Source: Alistipes sp. UBA936
GTDB lineage: Bacteria > Bacteroidota > Bacteroidia > Bacteroidales > Rikenellaceae
Direction of reading: 5' to 3'
Assembly: GCA_002293505.1 (NCBI GenBank)
Contig: DBDI01000030.1
Coordinates: forward strand, 6,350-70,349
Length of the DNA: 64,000 bases
The number at the start of each line of letters is the position of its first letter. Positions within the stretch are counted from its first letter, which is position 1. The notes below the pieces were generated by a model. The model saw only the letters and a list, made by a program, of their open reading frames with translations. It did no database searches and was not told the DNA's origin. Positions 54,882 through 62,611 of this stretch are shown here, piece by piece. The translations under genes were made by a program, and so were the position numbers.

Positions 54882-55394
54882 CTACAGGTTTTCACACAAC
54901 TTTTTTATCCAAAAACTCGAATAGGGATAATTAATATAGCCATATTTTGAGTCTGAAAAATCAGGCGTCCTAGTTGGACGCTTGAGGATGGTATTGTTTG
55001 ATATTCGTATCTTCTTAATAATAGGTTTCCCAATCTTTATGCCTATCCTTTGAGCACTCTTAAGGATAAAGTTCATGAATAATTCAGTTGCCTCTAATTG
55101 CCTGCTTACTTGGTTACCACCTGATTTTAGTTCTATGACAAATACGAATGTTTTATCGTTATGGAATACGAACATTACATAGTCACAAATCTTTTTTAGT
55201 CCCTCCTTGTTCTCAAAGAAGGGAAATAAGTCAAGTATTTCGGGATCGAACTTATAAAGACAGTACCGATCTATACCCTTACTGTCTATTTTAAGCGACA
55301 TAATAGGCTTCCTAACTCGCCTATCAACAGCAAGTTCTTCCATTACCGCTTGATTTGTAGCTAAAAATCGTTTATTAATTATGGTGTTTGCCAA
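54882..55394 (-). CDS. small PD-(D/E)xK nuclease-like protein (hypothetical)
   Basis: ICDYVMFVFHNDKTFVFVIELKSGG gives D71...E88-x-K90 on a predicted beta-hairpin. The start is ambiguous: TTG at 55394 (15 nt after the ATPase stop) or ATG at 55343. Confidence 0.5.
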   Translation of the reverse strand: MANTIINKRFLATNQAVMEELAVDRRVRKPIMSLKIDSKGIDRYCLYKFDPEILDLFPFFENKEGLKKICDYVMFVFHNDKTFVFVIELKSGGNQVSRQLEATELFMNFILKSAQRIGIKIGKPIIKKIRISNNTILKRPTRTPDFSDSKYGYINYPYSSFWIKKLCENL

Positions 55395-55409
55395 AGCGTG
55401 TAAACTTTT

Positions 55410-56792
55410 TTATTTATTGTTAGATAATGTAGCGTAGAATAATTTTTCTGTTAGAAAATTTTGATGTTCTATCGCATCGTCAATGGACGGGACATTAAAT
55501 CCCTTATCGCTAACTTCAATATTTTTAACAACCACTTTTCGACCATTTTTATAATAATCAAAGTAGTGAACACCGACATCATCGTTAGATATCAAGGTGC
55601 TGTCTATATATTCATCCGGTAAACTTATTCCTTTATTGTATAGTGACTTAGCCATAATCATATTATTGAACTCTCTCACAATGTAGTCACTATGCGTGCT
55701 AATAAGCAGTCTCAGCCCATTATTAAGTAATTTCCCTAAAATTCGAGCAAGTATAAGTTGATTATCAGGATGTAGATTCATTTCAGGCTCATCAATGATA
55801 AGAAGTTCATTTTTGCTGGTAATATGCTTCAGATTAAAAATTAGACTTGACAGTGTTTTTACAATTGATGCACTCATATGGATTGGTAATTTCCCCCTTT
55901 TTTTAGAAGCCGCTTTATTTGGGTAAAATATCACATCTCCTTCACTACTAACATCTAATTTGCCGTCTAATAATTCTTGCTCGATTTCCGAAGCTAATTC
56001 ATAATAATAACCCTTTTCTTTTTTTATGGTTTCGAGATCATTGGCCACTCGTAAACCATCTCGAATCGCAAGAGGATATCGTTTTGAGCCGTAATTTAAT
56101 AATGTGAATGGATCAAGTTTCTCATTACGAGAAAGCTTCTGCATTTGATCAATCAATGCGTTTCTACTTAATGAGAGCTCTTTGTTAAATGTATATATTG
56201 AATTCCTTTCAACAGGGAATATCTCAGTACCTATAATAGGTGCAAAAGCAGAAACCTTATATATTGCTGAGGGTAATATGACGGATATCATAAACGCTTC
56301 TTCACCGTACACATTATCTTTGTTGGGTATAATTGTTATGTCGTATGATCCCGTTTTTTTTACAATAACAAACTTGTTTTTATTTAATGTTATAGTATCT
56401 TTATATTCTGAAATAAGCAGTTCATTTGAGCAATCACTTTCAGAAGTGAGGAAATTAATGTCAAATCCCTCAAATAATTTTTCAGCTTCCTCGTCAGAAA
56501 TACCGAAAATGGTATCCAGATTATCTTTTATATAGTCTGTCGACATTTTTCTATATCGGAAAACTTCTTGAGGATCGATGGACACGACTAATTCATCATT
56601 CTCTGTAAGTTGCTTCATTTTACTATCATCCATCTGCATCCGTGAAGGATAACTATTGCCACTCAAGGCATATATGACGTAAGCCAAATAGGTTTTTCCG
56701 GTATTATTCGGCCCACAAAAAATAATCAGTTTTTTGCCTAAATCTATTGTTGCCTCGCCGATAGCACCAATGTTGCGAACTTGGATTTTCAT
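55410..56792 (-). CDS. ABC-type AAA family ATPase (AAA_15/AAA_21-like)
   Basis: Walker A GPNNTGKT (residues 27-34), a long helical insert, Walker B LLIIDEPEMNLHP, and D-loop/H-loop LLISTHSDY. Confidence 0.8.
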   Translation of the reverse strand: MKIQVRNIGAIGEATIDLGKKLIIFCGPNNTGKTYLAYVIYALSGNSYPSRMQMDDSKMKQLTENDELVVSIDPQEVFRYRKMSTDYIKDNLDTIFGISDEEAEKLFEGFDINFLTSESDCSNELLISEYKDTITLNKNKFVIVKKTGSYDITIIPNKDNVYGEEAFMISVILPSAIYKVSAFAPIIGTEIFPVERNSIYTFNKELSLSRNALIDQMQKLSRNEKLDPFTLLNYGSKRYPLAIRDGLRVANDLETIKKEKGYYYELASEIEQELLDGKLDVSSEGDVIFYPNKAASKKRGKLPIHMSASIVKTLSSLIFNLKHITSKNELLIIDEPEMNLHPDNQLILARILGKLLNNGLRLLISTHSDYIVREFNNMIMAKSLYNKGISLPDEYIDSTLISNDDVGVHYFDYYKNGRKVVVKNIEVSDKGFNVPSIDDAIEHQNFLTEKLFYATLSNNK

Positions 56793-56826
56793 ATGTTTTC
56801 GCTATTATCTTAATAGATATTAATCG

Positions 56827-56834
56827 CAAATATA
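56827..56834 (-). promoter_or_regulatory. -7 box (tatatttg on the minus strand) for the ATPase cassette
   Basis: caaatata on the plus strand, 34 nt upstream of the ATG at 56792. Confidence 0.4.
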
Positions 56835-56926
56835 GTCAATAACTTTAATTGCTTGAAAATTTCGAACATGAAAATTGTAATGACGTATGTGATTTATTAT
56901 CTTTGGGGCTTGAATAGTGAAAAATT

Positions 56927-57700
56927 ATGGCTGACAGACTGATTTTTTTGACGAACGACGACGGGGTGGGGGCTCGCGGGCTGGAGCGGATGATCCAGAT
57001 GATGCGCCCTTTTGGCCACCTTGTGGTTGTTGCTCCCGAGACTACCCAAAGCGGAATGGCCCACGCGATCACTATGTCCAACCCGTTGTTTCTTCGCGAG
57101 GTTCGTTCGGAGCCCGGTTTGGAGGTCTACGCCTGCTCGGGTACTCCCGTCGATTGCGTCAAAATGGCTCTCGACTACCTTCTGCCCGGCCGTAAACTCG
57201 ATATGATCTGCTCCGGCATCAACCACGGCTCCAACGCCGCCATCAACGTTCTCTACTCCGGTACTATGGGGGCTGCGATCGAGGGTAGCTTCTACGACGT
57301 TCCTTCGATCGGTTTTTCTCTCTGCGACCACTCGCTGGACGCCGACTTCGAGGCTGCGGGCGAGATCGTCCAGCGCATTGCCGGCGCCATACTCGAACAT
57401 AAACCCGCTCTACCTCTCTGCCTCAACGTCAACATTCCGGTCGGTCGGCCCGAGGATCTGGCCGGTATAAAGGTTTGCCGCCAATGCCGTGGTTATTGGA
57501 AGGAGGAGTTTTTCATTCGTAAGAATCCCGCCGGTCGCGACTACTTTTGGCTCACTGGCGACTTTCAGAACCACGAACCCGACGCCACCGACACCGACGA
57601 ATGGGCTCTGGCCCACGGCTTCGTCTCGGTCGTTCCGATCCAGATCGACCTCACCAACCACGCTCAGGTCACTTCCCTTGGGAAGTTCCTGAACCGCTGA
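56927..57700 (+). CDS. surE: 5'/3'-nucleotidase SurE
   Basis: LTNDDGVGARG, SGINHGSN, NVNIP. Confidence 0.9.
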   Translation: MADRLIFLTNDDGVGARGLERMIQMMRPFGHLVVVAPETTQSGMAHAITMSNPLFLREVRSEPGLEVYACSGTPVDCVKMALDYLLPGRKLDMICSGINHGSNAAINVLYSGTMGAAIEGSFYDVPSIGFSLCDHSLDADFEAAGEIVQRIAGAILEHKPALPLCLNVNIPVGRPEDLAGIKVCRQCRGYWKEEFFIRKNPAGRDYFWLTGDFQNHEPDATDTDEWALAHGFVSVVPIQIDLTNHAQVTSLGKFLNR

Positions 57701-58652
57701 AGAACTCTTTGACTGCGCGCTTGTACCTTTCGATGGTTACCTCCATCGAGTCGGTCGACTTGCCTCCTGCTGCGTTTCGGTGACCTCCTCCGTCGAAGTA
57801 CTTGCGGGCGAACTCGTTCACATCGACCTCGCCTCGCGAGCGCAAAGATATCCGTATGAACTTATGGTTCTGTAACAGCATTGCCGACATCTTCACTCCC
57901 GCGATGCTCAGTGGGTAGTTCACAAATCCCTCGCTGTCTCCCTGCCTGAAATGGAATCGCCTCAGTTCGCTCTCTTTGAGCGATATCAGCGCTGCCTGTC
58001 CCTTCTCCATAATCTCCATCTTCGGCCCCAGCGCATAGCTCAGCAGCCTCACCCGCCCCTCGGAGTATGAGTTGTACACCTGCCGGTTTATGTCCGGAAT
58101 GTCTATTCCTCGTTCGACCAGCACCGCCACCGCCCGGAACAGTTCCGGCGTGAGGTTCGAGTATGAGAAGTTTCCCGTGTCGGTCATCATTCCCACGTAC
58201 AGCACCGTTGCCATATCCCTGTCTATTGCTTCCGCTCCCACCATCTCCGAGATCAGTCGGAACACCACGAACGAGGTCGACGAGGCCTCCGGGTAGGAGA
58301 ACGACACATCGAAATACCCTTCCGGCGGGTCGAGATGGTGGTCGATGAGTATTTTCTTCGCCTTCGTGTTCGCCGCCACGGCTTCCGAGAGCCCTTCCAG
58401 TCGCGAGATATTGTTGAAATCCAGAAAGAAGATTACATCCGCTTCCGCCGTTGCGGCCCTGATTTCGTCTCCGTGCTCGGTGAATATCCTGATCCGTTCC
58501 ACCCCCGGCATCCAGTCCAGAAAGTACGGAAACTTGTTCGGCACCACACAGGTTGTCTTGTGCCCTCCTGCTTCGAGCATCTTGGCCCACGCGATCGAGG
58601 CTCCCAGTGCGTCTCCGTCGGGGTTATAGTGCGACAGGATGAGGACGTTCAT
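57669..58652 (-). CDS. DHH family phosphoesterase (NrnA-like oligoribonuclease/pAp phosphatase)
   Basis: SHYNPDGDALGA, DHH, and the DHHA1 motif GGGHRNAAGG. Its 3' end overlaps the surE 3' end by 32 nt. Confidence 0.8.
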   Translation of the reverse strand: MNVLILSHYNPDGDALGASIAWAKMLEAGGHKTTCVVPNKFPYFLDWMPGVERIRIFTEHGDEIRAATAEADVIFFLDFNNISRLEGLSEAVAANTKAKKILIDHHLDPPEGYFDVSFSYPEASSTSFVVFRLISEMVGAEAIDRDMATVLYVGMMTDTGNFSYSNLTPELFRAVAVLVERGIDIPDINRQVYNSYSEGRVRLLSYALGPKMEIMEKGQAALISLKESELRRFHFRQGDSEGFVNYPLSIAGVKMSAMLLQNHKFIRISLRSRGEVDVNEFARKYFDGGGHRNAAGGKSTDSMEVTIERYKRAVKEFFSGSGTSQGK

Positions 58653-60198
58653 AGATTCGTGCGCCTCCCCGGGTCGGGTCGTGCGGTTGTTTTACAAGTT
58701 CTCTGGTTACCGGCTCCGCGGCTCTCTCTCCCCGGGCTCGTGTCACTGCATCCGCATCGGGACTCACCACTCCTCCGTCGATCATTCTCAGGGCGCTTCC
58801 CAGTAGTCTCTCCGCCTGGTTGCCGAATTCGAATATTTCTCCTGTTCCTCCGGTGTTTTGCACCTCCCAGAATTCGTTCTTGGCCAGGTCGGGTTTCAGT
58901 CCTCCGGCGTAGTCGCAAAACGAGTCGGCGTTCATAATCTTGAACGATATGGGCCACATATTATAGGTATACCCTCCCTCTTTGTGTTCTCGTAGATTCA
59001 TCCCCACGTTCTTGCCTTCGGTTCTCTCGCCTATGTGTACTATGTCGATCCCGACGGCTTTGGCCTGAAGCGAGTTGATGAACATTTCGCTTGCCGAGGC
59101 GCTGTTCTCTCCCGCCAGCACATATATCTTGTTCAGCTTCAGCGACGCATCCTCGTTCAGGAAAAAGTAAGACCGCGGGTTTGCGAATCCATCCGCCACG
59201 GCGATGTCCTTATTATAAAGTAGCCTGCAGAATATCTGACTCGGGCCCACGTTTGCGGCCAGCGACGCGAGCAGTTGACACGAGCTGATTGCACCTCCGT
59301 GGTTGTACCTCAGGTCGAGCACCAGTTCCTGCGCTCCCCGGGCCTTGAAGTCGCGAAACACCTCTCGCAAATCGTTGTCGAACTCGCCCCATTGGCCCCT
59401 CATTTCGCCCGTCTCGAAGGCGTTGTAGACCAGATACGCCACCCGTCGGTTTTGCACCGGCGAGTCGAACACATCGTGATAAAGTATGGGGGTGTTTCGA
59501 ATGGTCTCCGCCGTCAGGTCATACTCGTTCCCATCCTTGTCCGCCACTATCATCGAGGTTCCGCCCTGGAACCTGTGCAGCCTGTACCAGAATTGCTCAT
59601 ACTCCGCTCCCGCGCCTCCGTGAATCACCGCTCCGTTGTATCTTGTCAGCCACACTCCTCTCTTCAGTCCCGCTTCTTCGGCCGGTGAGTTCGGTTGCAC
59701 CCACGTGACCAGCATCTCGACCACTGTGCTGTTCCTCTTCTGGAACGCCTGCACATCGAACCCGAAGCTCAGTTTTTCGCTCCCCGAGGCCCTCGTTGCC
59801 GTGGCGAGACGTTCAATGTACGAGTATGGTATTCCCGTCGGCGTGAATCGTCCGTTGGCGTAGTCATACCCTCCGTCTATCGTTGGTGGGTTTTCGCTCG
59901 TGTCGCGCGCGTTCTTCAGCGCCAGCACCGATTGGGTCAGGAACTCATCGTAGCTCAGTTTGTTGCTCGGCGGGGCTGTTGCTTTCACTTCTGCGTTCCA
60001 GTAGTACCAATCCTTCAGATCGTCGTAGATCCACTTGTTGACTCCCGTCAGGGTGTTGTTCACCGGTGGATCCGGCGGTTCGGGTCCTCGATACGGGTCG
60101 CTTCCGCACGCCGCCATCGCCATCGCCATTGCCAGCGCCACGAACGCCACCAGCACGCCCCCCACAGCCCGATATATACGTTCTCTATTCATCTTCAT
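58624..60198 (-). CDS. S41 family peptidase lipoprotein (catalytic Ser/Lys present)
   Basis: Lipobox AMAACG, LDLRYNHGG, GENSASASE and GERTEGK (Ser-Lys dyad context). Confidence 0.8.
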   Translation of the reverse strand: MKMNRERIYRAVGGVLVAFVALAMAMAMAACGSDPYRGPEPPDPPVNNTLTGVNKWIYDDLKDWYYWNAEVKATAPPSNKLSYDEFLTQSVLALKNARDTSENPPTIDGGYDYANGRFTPTGIPYSYIERLATATRASGSEKLSFGFDVQAFQKRNSTVVEMLVTWVQPNSPAEEAGLKRGVWLTRYNGAVIHGGAGAEYEQFWYRLHRFQGGTSMIVADKDGNEYDLTAETIRNTPILYHDVFDSPVQNRRVAYLVYNAFETGEMRGQWGEFDNDLREVFRDFKARGAQELVLDLRYNHGGAISSCQLLASLAANVGPSQIFCRLLYNKDIAVADGFANPRSYFFLNEDASLKLNKIYVLAGENSASASEMFINSLQAKAVGIDIVHIGERTEGKNVGMNLREHKEGGYTYNMWPISFKIMNADSFCDYAGGLKPDLAKNEFWEVQNTGGTGEIFEFGNQAERLLGSALRMIDGGVVSPDADAVTRARGERAAEPVTRELVKQPHDPTRGGARIYERPHPVAL

Positions 60199-61969
60199 CT
60201 CCCAGTGTCATACTTGCTCTCGGTAGATAGTCTCTCGGATATCCTGCTTGTTGTCGCGAGCGACTTTCCAGCACTCCTCCGTTCGGTACCGCGGTTATTC
60301 CCATCACCATATCCATCGCCCTCCTCAGTAGCGGGTCTTCCGTAGCACCCTCCCATCCTTTCCACCCCCACCCGTCGTTCCACAGTATTCCGTTTCCCTG
60401 CCACTCGTTCACCGCGCCTCCGTTCGGCGTGAAGCCATATTCGTAAGCTCCGTTTCCCGCCGCGTTGAAGCACCTGAAGGCCGCAATCCACACCGCATAC
60501 GTATGTTGCTCTCCCTCTACTTCGGCTGTTATCTCCTTTCGCACCATTCCCGTGTTCATCCCTTCGGTCACATCGCCTATTACCACCAGCTTCACCATCC
60601 CCTGATCCAGTCCCCTCAAAGCGTTTATCAACAGTTCTGCCGCTCCCGTCGTGTGGCCCGAGGTGAGTACGAACACCAGCGGTACTCCCACACTGCTTTC
60701 GTGCGGCTCGAAACTCCACGTCGCGTTGTTCGCCGCTGCTTCTCCCTCCGCGTACTGGAACCTCGCAAAGGTCTGTCCTGCCGCTTCGGCCGGTACCAGC
60801 AGATTTCCCACCACATTCGCCATCTTCGCCGTTCCTGTCTTGCTGTACCTCACGTCCAACACGAACACCTCCACTTCCGCGGCCTTCATCTCTGTAAACG
60901 TTCTCACTATGTCGGTTTCGTATTCCGGGTCGAAACTCCTCAGCGCCAGATATCCCGTCCTGACGACCTCTCCGTCGAGCGTATGTGCCTCTATCACTTG
61001 CGGTGTCCCCAGTATCGGCGAGCCTTCCCACTCGCTCGTTGTCAGATCGACCGTCCTCCCTTCGTCTATCAACCGCGATGCGAATGGTTGGAAGGTCAGC
61101 ATACTCAGCCTTGGCGAGAACCCTTCCACCGGATGTACCAGCGTGTCTATTCTGTCGTTGTACTGATATCGCCCGGCTGTGTTGATGTAGTTTTGTAGTT
61201 GGATGTTGTTCACTTTCCAGAACCAGTCGCCCCTCTTCAGTCCCGCCGTGGCTGCCGGGCTTCCCTCGCCGACCCACATTACTCGTCCAACCAGCTTGCC
61301 GTCGTAGTTGCCCAGGTCGAACTCCATTCCGTAGTTCAGTCCGCTCGGGTCGCGCTCGATGTATGAATACAGATACCGCTTGGAGTCTCTTGCCCAGACG
61401 TTTCCGTCGAGTGGGTTTTGCCTCAGCGTGCTAAGATATGTCTCATAGAAACTCTTGTACCCTTGATTGTAGTCTCCCGGCGTTGTTCGCGTCTCGCCGT
61501 TGTAGTACCACGGGTTCAGCAGTTCCTCGTGCACTCGCTTGTTGAGTTCCCACTCCGGACTCTGTCTCGGCGGGGTGATGTGTATTCCCAGTTGTTCTAT
61601 CTCTATGGTCTTTGTCTCGCTTCCTGCGGTGAAGGTCAGCGTCGCTCTCCTCGTCGTCGGTTCCGCTTCGGGGTCTTCTGCGTCTTCCGGTAGTGTGTTC
61701 TCTTCGAATGTTATCACTATCGGTGTCACTCCTTGCGGGCCGCTCTTCGGATCTGTCGTCAGCCATTCCGCTCCTCCGCTCATCTGCCATCCTGCGTTTC
61801 GCGCGGTCACTCCCACATTGACCGTTGTTGCTCCTCGCCCGACGGTTATCTTCTCTTGCGACAGTTCCAGTGGTTCTCCTGGGGCGTTGTTGTACATATC
61901 GTCGCTGCAGGCCCCCAGCCCCAACAGAGCCGCGGCCACCGACACAAGTATGGCAAGGTACTTACTCAC
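60185..61969 (-). CDS. BACON-domain + PDZ + S41-like lipoprotein, predicted catalytically inactive
   Basis: Lipobox LLGLGAC (GTG start), a BACON-like N-domain, and a PDZ (GLKRGDWFWKVN). The S41 body has TSGHTTGAAE and GDVTEGMNTG in place of the Ser and Lys motifs. Confidence 0.7.
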   Translation of the reverse strand: MSKYLAILVSVAAALLGLGACSDDMYNNAPGEPLELSQEKITVGRGATTVNVGVTARNAGWQMSGGAEWLTTDPKSGPQGVTPIVITFEENTLPEDAEDPEAEPTTRRATLTFTAGSETKTIEIEQLGIHITPPRQSPEWELNKRVHEELLNPWYYNGETRTTPGDYNQGYKSFYETYLSTLRQNPLDGNVWARDSKRYLYSYIERDPSGLNYGMEFDLGNYDGKLVGRVMWVGEGSPAATAGLKRGDWFWKVNNIQLQNYINTAGRYQYNDRIDTLVHPVEGFSPRLSMLTFQPFASRLIDEGRTVDLTTSEWEGSPILGTPQVIEAHTLDGEVVRTGYLALRSFDPEYETDIVRTFTEMKAAEVEVFVLDVRYSKTGTAKMANVVGNLLVPAEAAGQTFARFQYAEGEAAANNATWSFEPHESSVGVPLVFVLTSGHTTGAAELLINALRGLDQGMVKLVVIGDVTEGMNTGMVRKEITAEVEGEQHTYAVWIAAFRCFNAAGNGAYEYGFTPNGGAVNEWQGNGILWNDGWGWKGWEGATEDPLLRRAMDMVMGITAVPNGGVLESRSRQQAGYPRDYLPRASMTLGDEDE

Positions 61970-62600
61970 AACCTACAAAATTACAAAAATTTTTGATTCC
62001 GCACTCTTCGCAGGCTGGTTTTCGGGCCGTGCACACATACCTCCCGTGTAGTATCAGCCAATGGTGCGCTCGCGGGATCAGCTCCACCGGTATGTTCGCC
62101 GTCAGTTCCAGCTCGACCGCCAGTGGGGTTTTCGCACTCATCGGCACCAGCCCCGTTCGCCTCGCCACCCGGAATACGTGCGTGTCGACCGCCATCACCG
62201 GCTTGCCCCACAGTATCGACGCAACCACATTGGCTGTCTTTCTCCCCACTCCCGGCAGCGCCATCAAGGCGTCCTGATCGGCCGGTATCTCTCCTCCGTG
62301 CTCTTCGGTCAGCCGCCTGGCCAATGCTGCGAGGTTTCGCGCCTTGTTGTTCGGATAGGATATGCTGCGGATGTAGGGATAGATCTCCTCTGCCCCGACC
62401 TCCGCCATCGCTGCCGGATTCGGGAATCGCTCCAGTAGCGCCGGCGTGGTCAGATTTACCCTCTTGTCCGTGCATTGGGCCGACAGCACTACCGCCACCA
62501 GCAACTGCCACGGATTCTCGAACCTCAGTTCGCTCTCTGGCGCCGGTACGTTCTCCTCGAACCATCCCAGTATTCCCGCGTATCTCTCGGCCGTGGTCAT
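61962..62600 (-). CDS. nth: endonuclease III
   Basis: HhH-GPD (LPGVGRKTANVV) and a 4Fe-4S cluster loop CTARKPACEECGIKNFC. The ATG at 62600 is preferred to the GTG at 62615. Confidence 0.9.
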   Translation of the reverse strand: MTTAERYAGILGWFEENVPAPESELRFENPWQLLVAVVLSAQCTDKRVNLTTPALLERFPNPAAMAEVGAEEIYPYIRSISYPNNKARNLAALARRLTEEHGGEIPADQDALMALPGVGRKTANVVASILWGKPVMAVDTHVFRVARRTGLVPMSAKTPLAVELELTANIPVELIPRAHHWLILHGRYVCTARKPACEECGIKNFCNFVGCE

Positions 62601-62611
62601 CTTCGGGGTTG

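Larger units (their letters stand above)
54862..56890. other. AT-rich two-gene insertion between the rplS and surE promoters
   Basis: Lines I counted inside are 23-32% G+C, against 58% at 57001. It is bounded by the rplS -7 box (about 54846-54860) and the surE -7 box (56898-56905). Confidence 0.6.

Noticed and set aside
16305-56792. A split PARIS-like system: DUF4435 gene at 16.3 kb plus ABC ATPase at 55.4 kb
   Set aside because: The two genes are 39 kb apart, differ greatly in base composition (host-like versus AT-rich island), and the ATPase has its own adjacent partner. There is no evidence that they function together.
54757-56926. Integrase, transposase, att repeats or tRNA target flanking the AT-rich islands (also 31222-32166)
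   Set aside because: Reading both boundaries, I found no recombinase ORF, no inverted or direct repeats of 10 nt or more, and no adjacent tRNA; the nearest, tRNA-Leu-GAG, is about 3 kb away. The islands are therefore reported as compositional insertions, not as mobile elements.
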